Below are positions 6,320 to 18,077 of a stretch of 28,646 nt of DNA, one piece after another. Position 1 is the stretch's first letter. Each line of letters starts with the position of its first letter. Below the pieces are notes generated by a model. The model searched no databases and had not been told where the DNA came from. It worked only from the letters and a program-made list of their open reading frames with translations. The stretch lies in contig JBOFUV010000030.1 of the NCBI GenBank assembly GCA_051652765.1, positions 1 to 28,646 on the forward strand, written 5' to 3'. The position numbers and the translations under genes are program-made. The DNA comes from Microcoleaceae cyanobacterium (GTDB taxonomy: Bacteria; Cyanobacteriota; Cyanobacteriia; Cyanobacteriales; Microcoleaceae).

Positions 6320-9300
6320 ATGGGCCTGAACCACCAGCCATCTGGTTTTAATCAAAATTCCTCAACACCAAGACTCTCCAGCCAACAAATGCAGCAGTGT
6401 TTGGAACAGTTTCCCAGGGCGATCGCCCTACTGGATTGTCAGATGCGCTATCTGCTCACCAATCGACGCTGGCGAGAAGCGTTAGGCGGGTCTGACCATA
6501 CCCTAATGGGGGACTCAGGTGAAAAAAAACATCCTATCTTGCCAGACAATTGGCTAGACATTCAGCAATGTTGCCTTGCAGGGCAGAGCCAGACTTGGGA
6601 AACCATGGATGTTCAGCAGACTGGGGACTGGCAACGTCAGTTACAGCGTGATCTACAGGGAAATCTACAGACTTGCTGCCGGTGGGAAGCTCATCCTTGG
6701 TACGGAGACTCCGGCACCGTGGAAGGCATCATTCTCTCCTTGGAAACCGGTTCCTGGTACAGTTCATCGAAATCGAGTCCTCTGTCCGATCAAGATATCC
6801 TGGCTGAGTCTCAACTTCAATCATCTGAAGTGCTCTTTCAGCAGCTTTTTGAGCGATCAGCTGATGCAATTCTAATTTTGGAGGATGGCATTTTTACCGA
6901 TTGCAACCAAGCCACCGTTGCGATGATGGGCTATGAAACTAAAGCTGAATTTCTGGCGTTGCATCCCTCTTGCCTCTCCCCAGAAATCCAACCCGATGGA
7001 CGTTCCTCCTTTGAAAAAGCGAATGAAATGATTGCGACAGCCCGAACAAAAGGAACCCATCGCTTTGAGTGGATGCATCAACGCAGGGATGGGGAAGACT
7101 TTTGGGTAGAGGTTTTACTGACGGTCATTCCCTTAAAAGACAAACAAGTTTTGCATACTGTCTGGCGAGAAATTGGCGATCGCAAACAGGCTGAGTTTAT
7201 CTTGCAAAGCCGAACGGCTCAGCTTTACAAGCAAAATCAGGCTCTGATCCAGCTCGCCAAACATCCTGCCGTGAATCAGGGCGATTTAGAAACAGCTCTA
7301 CAATTGATTACTACGGTCACCGCTCGAACCTTGAACGTTGAGCGGGCCAGTATTTGGCTATACGATCCGGAGCGGATCTCAATTCACTGCCAAGACCTAT
7401 TTGAACAGACCTCAAAACAGCATCACCAAGGAACTCGACTGAATATTTCAGACTATCCCAACTATTTTGCAACTCTGGCCCATGAGGATATTATTGCGGT
7501 TCAAGATGCCAATCTCGATCCAAGAACCTGTGAATTTTCCTCCAGCTATCTGCAACCGTTGGGAATTGCATCTATGCTCGATAGTCCGATTCGCCTGAGC
7601 GGAGAAACCGTTGGAGTCATCTGTCTAGAGCACATTGGGCAAGTCCGTCCCTGGCAACCTGAAGACGAAAACTTTGTGCGCTCCGTAGCGGATTTGATTG
7701 CTTTAGCCATGGAAGCTTGCGATCGCCAGTGCAGCGAAGCCGAACTGCAAGAACGAGCGGTTCAACTCCGTCAGCAAAACCAGGCTCTCATTCAACTTGC
7801 TAAACATCCTGCGGTGAATCAGGGTAAGTTGGAGCTAGCGATTCAAACCATGACGGAAATCGTTGCTCAAACCCTCCAGGTTGAACGAGTCAGCGTCTGG
7901 TTTTATCGGGCTGACAAAACCAATCTTCAGTGTGAAGATCTTTATAAACAAGCCACTCAGGATCATCACCAGGGCAGTGTATTAGATGTGATCGCCTATC
8001 CCGACTACTTTCAGGCGATCGCCACAGAAGAAATAATCGCGATGAATGATGCCCAGACTGACCCACGCACCCTTGAATTTGCTGAAGCCTATTTAAAACC
8101 TTTAGGAATCACATCAATGCTGGATAGTCCAATTCAGTTTGGAGGTGAAACTATTGGCGTGATCTGTATTGAGCATATTGGCAAGATGCGCTGCTGGGAG
8201 CCAGAAGATGAACACTTCGTGCGTTCGGTGGCTGACCTGATTACTCTTACCCTCGAAGCTCGCGATCGCAGGGAAACCGAAGCAGAATTGCAGCAAAAAG
8301 AGGAACAGTACCGCAGCATCTTTGAAGCCGTCAGCGATGCCATCTTGATTAACGATTTAGCAACGGGGCAACTCGTCGAAGTCAATCCAGCAGCCCATCA
8401 AATGCATGGCTATCGCTATGAAGAATTTCTTCAACTCTCCCCCACCGAATTTATTCATCCTGATTCTCTAAAAACATTCACAGAGTATCTAGAAGTTGTC
8501 AAAGCAGGCAAACCGTTTACCTGTGAAGCCCTAGATCTTCATAAAGACGGCTATTCAATCAATATTGAAGTGCGAGGCACTCGGTTTAACTACAATGGTA
8601 AACCCCATGGGTTGGGAATCGTGCGAGATATTACCGATCGCAAGCAAGCAGAATTACAACTTCAGCAGAAAACTGAGGCTTTAGAACAGACCTTACGAGA
8701 ATTGCATCGCACCCAAGCCCAAATGGTGCAGAGTGAAAAGATGTCTGGTTTAGGCCAAATGGTCGCAGGGGTAGCCCATGAGATTAACAATCCGGTTAAC
8801 TTTATCCATGCAAACTTACCCCACGCTGAGGAATACGTGGAAGATTTACTCAGCCTAATTGAACTTTATCAGGAACACTATCCTGATCCGACCGAAGACC
8901 TGCAAAAAACAATTGAGAAAATCGAACTAGACTTTCTCAAAGCAGACTTTATCCAACTCTTACAATCTATGAAAGTTGGCACCGATCGAATTCGAGAAAT
9001 TGTGTTATCTCTCCGAAATTTCTCCCGACTTGATGAATCTGATCTCAAAAAAGTCAACCTACATGAGGGTCTGGATAGTACGTTAATGATCCTGCGAAAT
9101 CGATTCAAGACTCAACCCGATCAACGACCCGAAATTCAACTCATTCAGGACTATGGCAACCTCCCCCTAGTTCAATGTTATCCAGGTCAACTCAATCAAG
9201 TCTTCATGAATATTCTCAGCAATAGCATTGATGCCTTGGAAGAAACTTGGATCAGTCAAACCGGGAATCATAAAACAGGAACAACTCCTCTACAAATTCG

Positions 9301-9562
9301 GATTTGTACTGAAGTGATTGAGCCAAATTGGGTCAGAGTTCGGATTGCTGACAATGGCAAAGGAATGCCAGAAAGTGTTCGGGAGAAGCTATTTGATCCC
9401 TTCTTTACAACCAAGCCAGTCGGCAAAGGAACCGGATTGGGATTATCGATCAGCTACCAAGTGATGGTTGAAAAACATGGTGGCAAACTCGAATGTTATT
9501 CAACTCCTGGATTAGGAACCGAGTTTGTGATTGACCTCCCGGTTGATCCGAGTCCTCCTTAA
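6320..9562 (+). CDS. Multi-sensor histidine kinase (PAS-PAS-GAF-GAF-PAS-HisKA-HATPase)
   Basis: H-box [10 protein letters not shown]-box [37 protein letters not shown] motifs (RDITDRK) and two near-identical GAF domains. Confidence 0.95.
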   Translation: MGLNHQPSGFNQNSSTPRLSSQQMQQCLEQFPRAIALLDCQMRYLLTNRRWREALGGSDHTLMGDSGEKKHPILPDNWLDIQQCCLAGQSQTWETMDVQQTGDWQRQLQRDLQGNLQTCCRWEAHPWYGDSGTVEGIILSLETGSWYSSSKSSPLSDQDILAESQLQSSEVLFQQLFERSADAILILEDGIFTDCNQATVAMMGYETKAEFLALHPSCLSPEIQPDGRSSFEKANEMIATARTKGTHRFEWMHQRRDGEDFWVEVLLTVIPLKDKQVLHTVWREIGDRKQAEFILQSRTAQLYKQNQALIQLAKHPAVNQGDLETALQLITTVTARTLNVERASIWLYDPERISIHCQDLFEQTSKQHHQGTRLNISDYPNYFATLAHEDIIAVQDANLDPRTCEFSSSYLQPLGIASMLDSPIRLSGETVGVICLEHIGQVRPWQPEDENFVRSVADLIALAMEACDRQCSEAELQERAVQLRQQNQALIQLAKHPAVNQGKLELAIQTMTEIVAQTLQVERVSVWFYRADKTNLQCEDLYKQATQDHHQGSVLDVIAYPDYFQAIATEEIIAMNDAQTDPRTLEFAEAYLKPLGITSMLDSPIQFGGETIGVICIEHIGKMRCWEPEDEHFVRSVADLITLTLEARDRRETEAELQQKEEQYRSIFEAVSDAILINDLATGQLVEVNPAAHQMHGYRYEEFLQLSPTEFIHPDSLKTFTEYLEVVKAGKPFTCEALDLHKDGYSINIEVRGTRFNYNGKPHGLGIVRDITDRKQAELQLQQKTEALEQTLRELHRTQAQMVQSEKMSGLGQMVAGVAHEINNPVNFIHANLPHAEEYVEDLLSLIELYQEHYPDPTEDLQKTIEKIELDFLKADFIQLLQSMKVGTDRIREIVLSLRNFSRLDESDLKKVNLHEGLDSTLMILRNRFKTQPDQRPEIQLIQDYGNLPLVQCYPGQLNQVFMNILSNSIDALEETWISQTGNHKTGTTPLQIRICTEVIEPNWVRVRIADNGKGMPESVREKLFDPFFTTKPVGKGTGLGLSISYQVMVEKHGGKLECYSTPGLGTEFVIDLPVDPSPP

Positions 9563-9643
9563 TCAGGGAAATTTAGGGGGATCAAACCCTACTTGAGTGC
9601 CGATTCAGAGATTTACACACGGTAGCCTTACATACGGTAGCCT
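9549..9643. repeat. Degenerate cyanobacterial REP-like dispersed repeat with a 15 bp terminal duplication
   Basis: GTCCTCCTTAATCAGGGAAATTTAGGGGGATC resembles the common CCCCCTT..AAGGGGGATTTAGGGGGATC element (from recall). TACACACGGTAGCCT/TACATACGGTAGCCT at 9614-9643. Confidence 0.5.
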
Positions 9644-9935
9644 GAGCATGAGAGCGAGGATCAGGTCTTAGGAAAAGCCAAACCCAGAGACGATTCTACT
9701 CCCCGACGTTGACTCCAGTAATCGTCGGGGATCGTGGGACTTTTAAACTCATCATTTTTTGGTAAGATGAACTCACGTAAAATTAAAATGACGCTAATTC
9801 TCCTCACACAAGCACAAATTGCTGTAGATCTACTACAGAGTTAGTTGCGCCTTGATCTGCGACTAGGGGGAACTCTAGAAATCTCCCCCAATTCTCTCAA
9901 GGAGAGGGCTTAATTGTTCATCAATTGGAAACGAT

Positions 9936-10256
9936 ATGCCCAAGGGGCCTTTTATTACTATGCAGGGCGATGGTAATTCACAGATTAGTTTTTACTATGA
10001 AAATGGCTCGGTGGAGACACTGAGTGTACCGACTTCATCTCTCGAATTGGGAGAACAACTCCCACAGGTACTGAGTAAACCTTGGTTGACCTTCCACCTC
10101 ATCGACCAGACGATTAGTATTTGTATGGCTAAAGTCCTAAAAGTAGAGGTAAAACCTCCAATTCCCCAGCTAGAGGGAGAGGCTGTTTTCCATGAAACCC
10201 AGAGGGTTACCACCTTGCAGCGTGGAGCTGCAGGTCGATTGGGAATCAACATGTAG
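9936..10256 (+). CDS. Hypothetical protein
   Basis: 106 aa ORF with normal composition, co-oriented with and 50 nt before DUF362; start could be ATG 9960. Confidence 0.7.
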   Translation: MPKGPFITMQGDGNSQISFYYENGSVETLSVPTSSLELGEQLPQVLSKPWLTFHLIDQTISICMAKVLKVEVKPPIPQLEGEAVFHETQRVTTLQRGAAGRLGINM

Positions 10257-10306
10257 TTTAATCACGTTTCTTGTTTAATCCCGTTCCTTGGAGGTTGGTG
10301 GGTTCC

Positions 10307-11266
10307 ATGACAACAGTTAGCTTGATTCAGGCCAGTTCCTATGAATCAGAGGATCTGAGGTCAGACCTAGACTCCCTGCTGGCTCCCCTGGGGGGAATTG
10401 CAAGGGTGGTAAAGTCAGGCGATCGCGTTCTACTCAAGCCCAATTTGCTGACGGGTTCCCGTCCGACAAGGGAATGCGTAACCCGCCCAGAAATGGTTGC
10501 TGAGGTCGCTCGAATGGTACTGGATGTAGGCGGAAAACCTTTCCTGGGAGATAGTCCAGCGTTTGGGAGTGCCTTGGGGGTGGCAACAGCGAATGGCTAT
10601 CTTCCTTGGCTTGAACCCTTGGGAGTGCCTGTGGTTGAGTTTCGCAGCCAGCGTTACCAAAGTCCGAGTCAAGACTTTAACCATCTACGCTTGGGAAAAG
10701 AGGCAATGGAGGCGGATGTAGTGATCAACTTACCCAAGGTGAAATCCCATGCCCAACTGACTCTTACCTTAGGGGTCAAAAACTTGTTTGGTTGTGTACC
10801 AGGGAAAATGAAGGCGTGGTGGCATCTAGAGGCCGGAAAAGATGTGAATCGATTTGGGGCTATGTTAGTTGAGACGGCCCGGATGATTCAGCCGGATTTA
10901 ACGATTATGGATGGGATTATCGGTCATCAGGGGAATGGGCCTAGTGGAGGAGAACCTCGGTTTTTAGGAGTGTTGGGGGCGGCTCAAAATGTGTTTGCCC
11001 TAGATCGGGCCTGGGTAGAAATCCTCAAGGTCGATCCGACTCGGGTTCCAACAATTGCTGCGGCCCAGAGATTAGAACTCTGTCCAGAGTTGACCGAGAT
11101 TGACTTTCCCCTGTTGCACCCTGAAGCAGTTCAAGTTCAAGACTGGAAACTACCGGATCACCTTGTTCCAATTGATTTTGGGGTGCCGCGCATTCTGCGC
11201 TCGACCTTGAAACATTTGTACATCCGGTTTATTCAGGAACCGCTAAAAGCGTATACTGGCCCTTAA
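10307..11266 (+). CDS. DUF362 domain protein
   Basis: GDRVLLKPNLL...GDSP...INLPKVKSH...TLGVKNLFG...DGIIGHQGNGP. ATG 10307 follows GGAGG. Confidence 0.92.
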   Translation: MTTVSLIQASSYESEDLRSDLDSLLAPLGGIARVVKSGDRVLLKPNLLTGSRPTRECVTRPEMVAEVARMVLDVGGKPFLGDSPAFGSALGVATANGYLPWLEPLGVPVVEFRSQRYQSPSQDFNHLRLGKEAMEADVVINLPKVKSHAQLTLTLGVKNLFGCVPGKMKAWWHLEAGKDVNRFGAMLVETARMIQPDLTIMDGIIGHQGNGPSGGEPRFLGVLGAAQNVFALDRAWVEILKVDPTRVPTIAAAQRLELCPELTEIDFPLLHPEAVQVQDWKLPDHLVPIDFGVPRILRSTLKHLYIRFIQEPLKAYTGP

Positions 11267-11298
11267 TTTCAGGCAAATATTTCAATATTGTTACAATT

Positions 11299-12912
11299 TC
11301 AGACAAAATGATGGGTCGCTTCAGCAAGGTGTTTTTTCAGGGTGGCATCTGAGAGAGGCCCCTGTAAATGATGCCATGGTAGAACTTGGTCAAGGTTCCA
11401 CTCAGCATGAACGTAATCCTCCAGTTCTGGCAGTGTTCCCCGCAGTTCCTTGAATGCCCGTCGATAACTTCCCAGGGAATCGCCATAATGACGCACCTGT
11501 TCTAACAAATAAGATAGGCGGCGATCGCCCCTAGAGATCAAAGCTTGCATCACTGACCATTTGTAGCTTTCAGGACGAAACTCAATTCCCTTGGATCTCA
11601 ACTGTTTTTCCAAAACCTTCAGCCGTTTTTCGGCATCTGGACTGACTCCAAACCATTGAAAGGGCGTATGGGCTTTGGGGACAAACGTACTACACCCCAG
11701 GGTCAATCTCAAGCCGGGAGCCACTTTTTTCAACTGTCCCATCAGGGCCACGGTGCTCTCTAAATCCTCGGGTTTTTCTCCTGGAATTCCCACCATGCCA
11801 TAGAGTTTCAGGGCCTGTAACCCGCCAACTTTAGCATTGATAGCAGCTTGAATAATCTCGTCGGTTTGGAGCTTTTTGTTGACAATGGCTCGCAGGCGAT
11901 CGCTACCACTTTCAATTGCAATAGTGATACTGCGAGAGTCTCGTTTGGCCAGAACTTCTGCCAATTTAACGGTGACCGTGTTGGTTCGGACAGAGGCAAT
12001 ACTCAGCCGAATGCCGTCATATTTTGGGTGATTGAGATAGTCTAATAACGCTTCAAATTCAGGGTGTTGGGTGACAGAAGCCCCCAAAAGTCCCAATCGT
12101 TTCGTCACGGTCAGCCCTTGCTCAATTGCAGGAATCAGAGAGTCCTCTAAGCTAGCCGTTCGGAAGGGGAGGGTAAGATAGCTCGCCAAACAAAAGCGAC
12201 ACATCTCTGGACAACTCCGTACCACTTCTACCATGTAAATATTCTCCCAGGCGGCCTTTTCTGTAACCACAGTAGAAGCTGAAAGGGTATTACCTCGGTA
12301 GGTTTGCTTCTGAACTTGAGCCGGAATCCCAGAGTCAATGGGGTCAATCGATTGAATTGCGCCCTCTGGGGAATGGTAGGTGACTTGATAAAGGCTGGGG
12401 ATATAAATTCCTGGAACTTGGGCCAAGTGACGGAGCTGAATTTGCCGTTCTGCCCCTCGAACTTGTTTGTATGCCTCAATAAATTCCCCTAACAAATTTT
12501 CCCCATCCCCCAACAAAATCAGATCAAAAAAGTCTGCAAAGGGTTCAGGATTAGCGGTAAGTACAGGCCCACCACCGAACACTAACGGGTCAGAACCTTG
12601 GCGTTCAGCAGCCCGCAAGGGAATATTTAACCCTTCAAGTTGGTTCAAAATATGGGCATAATCCAGTTCCCAAGAGAAGGAAAATCCAACCAGTTCTGGA
12701 GGGTTGGGCAGAGACTCATGAACATCCGTGAATAACCGACTCACCTGGACATCTGAACGCAGGGCCAAAGTTGCCCAGATCACTTGATACCCCAGACTAG
12801 TGATTCCTACCGTGTACTCATTGGGAAAAGCAAAAATAACTGGAATCGCATCAGTATTAGGAGTCGCTGGGGTAAATAGCAACCGTTCAGCAGCAAAGAT
12901 GGAAGCGTTCAC
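11299..12912 (-). CDS. B12-binding-like domain radical SAM protein
   Basis: CPEMCRFC (CxxxCxxC), GGPVLTANPEP, FVPKAHTPFQW. Probable GTG start at 12912; the ORF is open to 13002. Confidence 0.92.
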   Translation of the reverse strand: MNASIFAAERLLFTPATPNTDAIPVIFAFPNEYTVGITSLGYQVIWATLALRSDVQVSRLFTDVHESLPNPPELVGFSFSWELDYAHILNQLEGLNIPLRAAERQGSDPLVFGGGPVLTANPEPFADFFDLILLGDGENLLGEFIEAYKQVRGAERQIQLRHLAQVPGIYIPSLYQVTYHSPEGAIQSIDPIDSGIPAQVQKQTYRGNTLSASTVVTEKAAWENIYMVEVVRSCPEMCRFCLASYLTLPFRTASLEDSLIPAIEQGLTVTKRLGLLGASVTQHPEFEALLDYLNHPKYDGIRLSIASVRTNTVTVKLAEVLAKRDSRSITIAIESGSDRLRAIVNKKLQTDEIIQAAINAKVGGLQALKLYGMVGIPGEKPEDLESTVALMGQLKKVAPGLRLTLGCSTFVPKAHTPFQWFGVSPDAEKRLKVLEKQLRSKGIEFRPESYKWSVMQALISRGDRRLSYLLEQVRHYGDSLGSYRRAFKELRGTLPELEDYVHAEWNLDQVLPWHHLQGPLSDATLKKHLAEATHHFV

Positions 12913-13030
12913 AACAGTAAAATCATCATAAAGGCGTTCAGGAACAGCGATTTTAGACAACGGGCAGGATTTATAGGAGGATCTCTCAACATCGCATCTC
13001 AATAAAAACCGCTGTAATGCAGGATTGAAT

Positions 13031-13285
13031 TTAACGATATTTTAACTTAAACCCCAAAATTATTGAGGCTAGGATCAGCGTCAAAACATTCGCAATGATA
13101 ATTGGTAAATCCTGGAGCAAAAGACCATAAATTAACCAGAGAGACACTCCAATGCAAAAAATAATAAACATTTCTAAAGAGACATCCTGGGTTGACTTGG
13201 TTTTCCAAGTTTTCAGGACTTGAGGCAGAAAAGCAACTGTTGTGCAAGTTCCAGCAAGGAGTCCAATTAAGGTAACCAAAGTCAT
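13031..13285 (-). CDS. SemiSWEET (PQ-loop) transporter
   Basis: GLLAGTCTTVAFLPQVLKTWKTKS...LWLIYG...PIIIAN; three TM helices. Confidence 0.92.
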   Translation of the reverse strand: MTLVTLIGLLAGTCTTVAFLPQVLKTWKTKSTQDVSLEMFIIFCIGVSLWLIYGLLLQDLPIIIANVLTLILASIILGFKLKYR

Positions 13286-13383
13286 AAACTACTTGAATAT
13301 AATTTCACTCCCCTATTCTAAATCAGTCATTTACTCCATGGAGTTTTGAGGAAGGAGATACTTATCTACTGACAACAAAAACA

Positions 13384-13413
13384 AAGATCCCAGCTTTAAT
13401 AAAGTGGGATCTT
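13384..13413 (-). terminator. Putative intrinsic terminator after psbJ
   Basis: AAGATCCCA-G-CTTT aat AAAGTGGGATCTT hairpin followed on the minus strand by TGTTTTTGTT. Confidence 0.65.
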
Positions 13414-13464
13414 ACTCATCCTCAAGCTGAAGACCTGAGGCCAAAAAAATGTCAACTCAGCAGC

Positions 13465-13584
13465 CTACATGGAAGAACCAATCCCCACATAGGAACCATA
13501 GAAAAACAGACCTACAACCACTAGAACACCTGTTCCAGCCACCGTTGCAATTAACCAAAGCGGAATTCGTGCTTGTCCAGACAC
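13465..13584 (-). CDS. psbJ: Photosystem II protein J
   Basis: Manual translation from [42 protein letters not shown]. Confidence 0.95.
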   Translation of the reverse strand: MSGQARIPLWLIATVAGTGVLVVVGLFFYGSYVGIGSSM

Positions 13585-13711
13585 AGTTCTTACCTCGCTA
13601 GAATGTTTAAAATAAACCTCACTCAAAATAATTGAATTCAAGTGAGCAATTGAATTAAGTCACTCAAGAAATGTTGTTCAGGAAATGTCGTTCAAAAAAA
13701 TTAGGTTACAG

Positions 13712-13831
13712 TTAGTTAAAGAAATAACTAGAGAACAAAATTCCAAGAACAAAAACCAGAAGTAAACCGAGGTAGAGAGAAGTTCGGTTTAACTCAACAG
13801 GTTGACGATTCGGGTTGGGTATACGATCCAT
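13712..13831 (-). CDS. psbL: Photosystem II protein L
   Basis: Manual translation: [39 protein letters not shown]. Confidence 0.97.
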   Translation of the reverse strand: MDRIPNPNRQPVELNRTSLYLGLLLVFVLGILFSSYFFN

Positions 13832-13840
13832 CGAAGCCTC

Positions 13841-13993
<153 letters not shown>

Positions 13994-13997
13994 TTAA

Positions 13998-14246
13998 CTA
14001 CTTGTCAATAAACTCATTAATCTGCTGTTTCCCACTAAAACGATCAGAAACAATCGGTAATTCCTGACGCTCTTGCGTAAAGTATTCATTGGGTCGGGGA
14101 GTTCCGAAAATATCATAGGCCAACCCCGTACTCACAAACAGCCATCCTGCGATAAAAAGAGCTGGAATGGTAATGCTGTGAATCACCCAGTAGCGGACAC
14201 TGGTAATAATATCTCCAAAGGGACGCTCACCTGTATCACCTGCCAT
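13998..14246 (-). CDS. psbE: Cytochrome b559 alpha subunit
   Basis: [40 protein letters not shown]. Confidence 0.98.
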   Translation of the reverse strand: MAGDTGERPFGDIITSVRYWVIHSITIPALFIAGWLFVSTGLAYDIFGTPRPNEYFTQERQELPIVSDRFSGKQQINEFIDK

Positions 14247-14546
14247 GTGTAACTATCCTCCAAAAGTCATCAACAAAAAAGCATTGAACGCAAAATGCAA
14301 ATTGCAATTATTAGATTAGGTTTCTAAACAGACTTCTGCTGATGCAGAAAACTCTAAGTATTTTCGCTTTTCCTCTGCTTGGAATGAGTAGGAGTTGAAC
14401 CTTGAATCTGGCAAAAACTCCATCCCCCTCAACCCAACTGAATCGTGGAAAAACCTGAAACTCTATCCTTAGCTAATAATAATACGAAGCCAGCATCTTC
14501 GTAACCTATTCAATCAATTTGACCTAGGCTTTACCTCCAAAAAAAC

Positions 14547-15554
14547 TCAAGCCGCATCTGCTGGCGCACCAACATATCTCAACAGGGTTCCCCGTTGACC
14601 CAGAACGAATCCTTTTTCTGGAGTAATGAACTTGATCCGGTTAAAGTTAGCTGGGACATCCCCAACCTGACGATCTCTCTGCCAAGTTTCACCCCCATCA
14701 AAGCTACAAATCAGGTTTCCGCCGCCCCCACTAACCCAGATTTCCTCTGGAGTTCGATAGGCCAAGTCTAGAAGGCCCCAACTCGAAGCATATTCAGGGT
14801 TGATCGGGTCTCCCCACTCTTCTGCGTTTTCACCCGAGCCGCTAAAGCGAATCTCACCGCCGCGAGCAATCATCCACAGACGACCATCTTGACCAAATCC
14901 GATATTCTCTAGCTTCTTAGAGCTATAGCGATTGCGGGGTTCCCAGGCGCTTTCTCCCGGTTCCCAAGTCGAGTAAAAGTTTCCCTTGGCAGAGACAGTC
15001 ATGTAGCGACCATCAGCAGACCGAGAAATATTTCGAACGATCCCAACAGCATCTTCGACAAGGGCTTTCCAGGTCTGCCCTCCATCCTTGGTCACATAGA
15101 TTGCGCCCACATCCGTTGTCATTTCTGCTGAGTTTTCACCCAGAGCAACGATGCCATAGGGAGAACCAGGAAGCTTTGCGCTTAAGGTGATCCGAACCCA
15201 TGACGCGCCTGCATCAGTGGTATGCAGCAGAATTGCAGGTTCTCCGATCACCCATCCTTCGGAGTTGAGGAAGCTGACTGAGTTGAATCGAACTTTTCCA
15301 TCTCCCAAGTCTAAAGCCTTGGTCTCCCAAGTTTTTCCTCCATCTGTGGTCTCTAGCAAGGTTGCCTCACTGCCAACAATCCAACCATGATTCAAATCTT
15401 CTGCAAAGGCAACATCCAACAGGTTACTGGCCGTGGCTACGGGGGTGATTTCCCATGGGTTGTAGCTCAAATCTGGAAGAAACTTGCAGCTCGTACACAG
15501 CAAAATCGCAGCAAAGGCAATCGCCAGTTTTCGGAGAAATTTCATAAAACTCAT
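14547..15554 (-). CDS. ycf48: PSII assembly factor Ycf48/Hcf136
   Basis: BNR repeats (TTDGGKTW), lipoprotein-like signal (LCTSC), position between rubA and psbE. Start could be 15545-15557. Confidence 0.95.
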   Translation of the reverse strand: MSFMKFLRKLAIAFAAILLCTSCKFLPDLSYNPWEITPVATASNLLDVAFAEDLNHGWIVGSEATLLETTDGGKTWETKALDLGDGKVRFNSVSFLNSEGWVIGEPAILLHTTDAGASWVRITLSAKLPGSPYGIVALGENSAEMTTDVGAIYVTKDGGQTWKALVEDAVGIVRNISRSADGRYMTVSAKGNFYSTWEPGESAWEPRNRYSSKKLENIGFGQDGRLWMIARGGEIRFSGSGENAEEWGDPINPEYASSWGLLDLAYRTPEEIWVSGGGGNLICSFDGGETWQRDRQVGDVPANFNRIKFITPEKGFVLGQRGTLLRYVGAPADAA

Positions 15555-15586
15555 CACTTTATCAACTTTGATATACAGTGCTTTAT

Positions 15587-15922
15587 CTATTTCAGCCCGT
15601 ACAAACTCATAAAAAACAAAAAACCTAAAGCTAGCCCCCCAAAAATCAGAATACTCTTTTGCCGAGAGGTCATGGTGTTGACCCCAAGACCATAACCCAG
15701 GTTTTCTTGAAACCCAGAGGGGCCTTCGTTGGAACCAACGTTGATGAACTGATTTCTGAGGTTACCACAAACTGGACAGCGCCACTTGTCAGGCAAATCC
15801 TCAAAGGAGGTTCCAGCCGGTATATTCCCTTTAGAACTTCCTTTGGTTGGCTCATAGACGTAGCCACAGACTTTACATTCGTACCGATCTAGTGCTTTTG
15901 TTTCGGTGGCTGACTCGCTCAT
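15587..15922 (-). CDS. rubA: Membrane-anchored rubredoxin
   Basis: YECKVCGYVY...WRCPVC, C-terminal TM helix, canonical rubA-ycf48-psbEFLJ order. Confidence 0.95.
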   Translation of the reverse strand: MSESATETKALDRYECKVCGYVYEPTKGSSKGNIPAGTSFEDLPDKWRCPVCGNLRNQFINVGSNEGPSGFQENLGYGLGVNTMTSRQKSILIFGGLALGFLFFMSLYGLK

Positions 15923-16124
15923 GATAGCCCTTGAACACCTTCTTTAGGTGAATCTTAAATGTTTATTACACAATATTACAGAATCTCAGGCATCTTGATC
16001 AATTGGCTTAAGCAATTGACTCAGGGGCCGTGTTTGCAAAATCTTCTCAGATCTCCGACCACAATGCCCTAACCCTTATATAATGTTGGAGACAGTTGCA
16101 AAATGATAGAAAATTATATCTACC

Positions 16125-16487
16125 GTGTTTGTTTTAAGCGGTTATGAGTACTTCCTGGGCTTTTTGTTGATTTGTAGCCTAGTTCCATTGTTGGCTCTTG
16201 GTGCTTCCAAAGTGTTGCGACCCAAGAGTAGAGCTGGTTTTCGTAAGACCACCTATGAGTCTGGATGCGAACCCATTGGTGGAGCCTGGATTCAGTTCAA
16301 TATTCGATACTACATGTTTGCTCTGGTATTTGTGATCTTTGATGTAGAGACTGTGTTTCTCTATCCATGGGCAGTTGCATTCAGTCGGCTTGGACTGTTG
16401 GCATTCCTGGAAGCTCTGATCTTCATCGCAATCCTTGTCATTGCATTGGTTTATGCATGGCGTAAGGGTGCTTTGGAGTGGTCTTGA
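16125..16487 (+). CDS. ndhC: NDH-1 subunit C
   Basis: [11 protein letters not shown]...[11 protein letters not shown]...[12 protein letters not shown]...WRKGALEWS. Confidence 0.97.
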   Translation: MFVLSGYEYFLGFLLICSLVPLLALGASKVLRPKSRAGFRKTTYESGCEPIGGAWIQFNIRYYMFALVFVIFDVETVFLYPWAVAFSRLGLLAFLEALIFIAILVIALVYAWRKGALEWS

Positions 16488-16548
16488 AGCTTAAGTTTTA
16501 GAGTGAACGTTAACGTGGTCTTTCAACGTAGTCTTTCAGAACTGAACT

Positions 16549-17280
16549 ATGGCAGCCCAAAATCTCTCACCGAATACAGCAACGATTCTGAATCCGATTG
16601 AGCGAACTGACGTTACTCAATCTTTGTCTGAGAACATCATCCTGACCACTGTGGATGATCTTTACAACTGGTCGAGGCTCTCCAGTCTCTGGCCGCTGTT
16701 GTATGGAACAGCTTGCTGCTTTATCGAGTTTGCTGGGTTGATTGGTTCCCGATTCGACTTTGATCGATTTGGTCTCGTTCCCCGTTCTAGTCCTCGGCAA
16801 GCCGATTTGATTATTACGGCTGGAACCATCACTATGAAGTATGCTCCGGTTTTGGTCAGACTGTATGAACAGATGCCAGAACCCAAGTATGTAATTGCGA
16901 TGGGAGCCTGTACGATTACCGGGGGAATGTTCAGTATGGACTCTCCTACGGCAGTCCGAGGAGTCGATAAGCTGATTCCAGTGGATGTTTATATCCCTGG
17001 CTGTCCTCCGCGTCCTGAAGCCATTATTGATGCCATTATCAAGTTGCGGAAGAAGATCTCGAATGATTCCTTACAAGAGCGAGGAAACCTGCAACAAACT
17101 CATCGGTACTATACTCGTTCCCATGGGATGAAACCTGTTGATCCGATTCTGACGGGACAATACTTGCAGTCTGCAACCCGCCAGACACCCTCACCGCAAT
17201 TGGCTGAGGCATTGGGAATGTCGATTCCTCCGGCTCTACTTGCTGAACCCGTCCTAGCTGAACTAGGAAAGGAGGACTAA
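16549..17280 (+). CDS. ndhK: NDH-1 subunit K
   Basis: [25 protein letters not shown] Fe-S motifs. Confidence 0.97.
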   Translation: MAAQNLSPNTATILNPIERTDVTQSLSENIILTTVDDLYNWSRLSSLWPLLYGTACCFIEFAGLIGSRFDFDRFGLVPRSSPRQADLIITAGTITMKYAPVLVRLYEQMPEPKYVIAMGACTITGGMFSMDSPTAVRGVDKLIPVDVYIPGCPPRPEAIIDAIIKLRKKISNDSLQERGNLQQTHRYYTRSHGMKPVDPILTGQYLQSATRQTPSPQLAEALGMSIPPALLAEPVLAELGKED

Positions 17281-17281
17281 C

Positions 17282-17791
17282 ATGACTGAAACTGAAGCAT
17301 CAGCTCCCTTGGCTGCGGTTGGGCAAGTCTCTCAATGGCTGACTCAAAACGAGTTTGAGCATGAGTTTCTTGAGAAAAATCACTCTGGCATCGAAGTGAT
17401 CAAAGTCAATCGGGACTACTTGCTCCCGTTGTCTACTGCGTTATATGCCTACGGGTTTAATTGTCTGCGGTGTCAGTGCGCCTATGACATTGGGCCTGGA
17501 GGAGATCTGGTCAGTGTTTACCACTTGGTTAAGATTAGTGACAATGTGGAACAACCCGAGGAAGTTTGCGTCAAGGTTTTTGTTACTCGGGATGACCCTA
17601 GGGTTCCATCCGTTTACTGGATCTGGAAAGGTGCAGACTTTCAAGAGAGAGAGTCCTATGATATGTATGGGATTGTCTACGAAGGCCATCCCAACTTGAA
17701 GCGGATTCTGATGCCAGAGGATTGGGTGGGTTGGCCCTTGCGAAAGGACTATATCTCACCTGACTTTCATGAGTTACAGGATGCTTACTAA
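17282..17791 (+). CDS. ndhJ: NDH-1 subunit J
   Basis: [14 protein letters not shown]...[23 protein letters not shown]. Confidence 0.97.
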   Translation: MTETEASAPLAAVGQVSQWLTQNEFEHEFLEKNHSGIEVIKVNRDYLLPLSTALYAYGFNCLRCQCAYDIGPGGDLVSVYHLVKISDNVEQPEEVCVKVFVTRDDPRVPSVYWIWKGADFQERESYDMYGIVYEGHPNLKRILMPEDWVGWPLRKDYISPDFHELQDAY

Positions 17792-18077
17792 AACTTCTTC
17801 TAGCTTCTATTCTGATTCCACAGTGAAATTTCAATTTTAGGGTTGAATTTTAAGGTTGGGCAGTAGGGATTTTAGTTGAATGAGTCGGCTATACATTGCC
17901 AGAACTCTGGGAAGTTTGATATAGTTGCCTACGAATTAGATAAAGTCTTTAGCTTTTTCAGGCTTGGCTTGCATTGTGTAAAATAAACTAGTGCATCTGT
18001 ACGGTATTAGCAGGCACTTCGTCCCTAGTCCAAACAGAGTTATTCTTTGCACACTACTTTGGTGGAGGAGTTAAATC

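Noticed and set aside
7231..8316. Cyanobacteriochrome/phytochrome GAF domains
   Set aside because: No recognisable bilin-binding CH motif or DxxL/DIP motif.
9825..9837. NtcA site (GTAGATCTACTAC)
   Set aside because: Spacing is GTA-N7-TAC, not the canonical N8.
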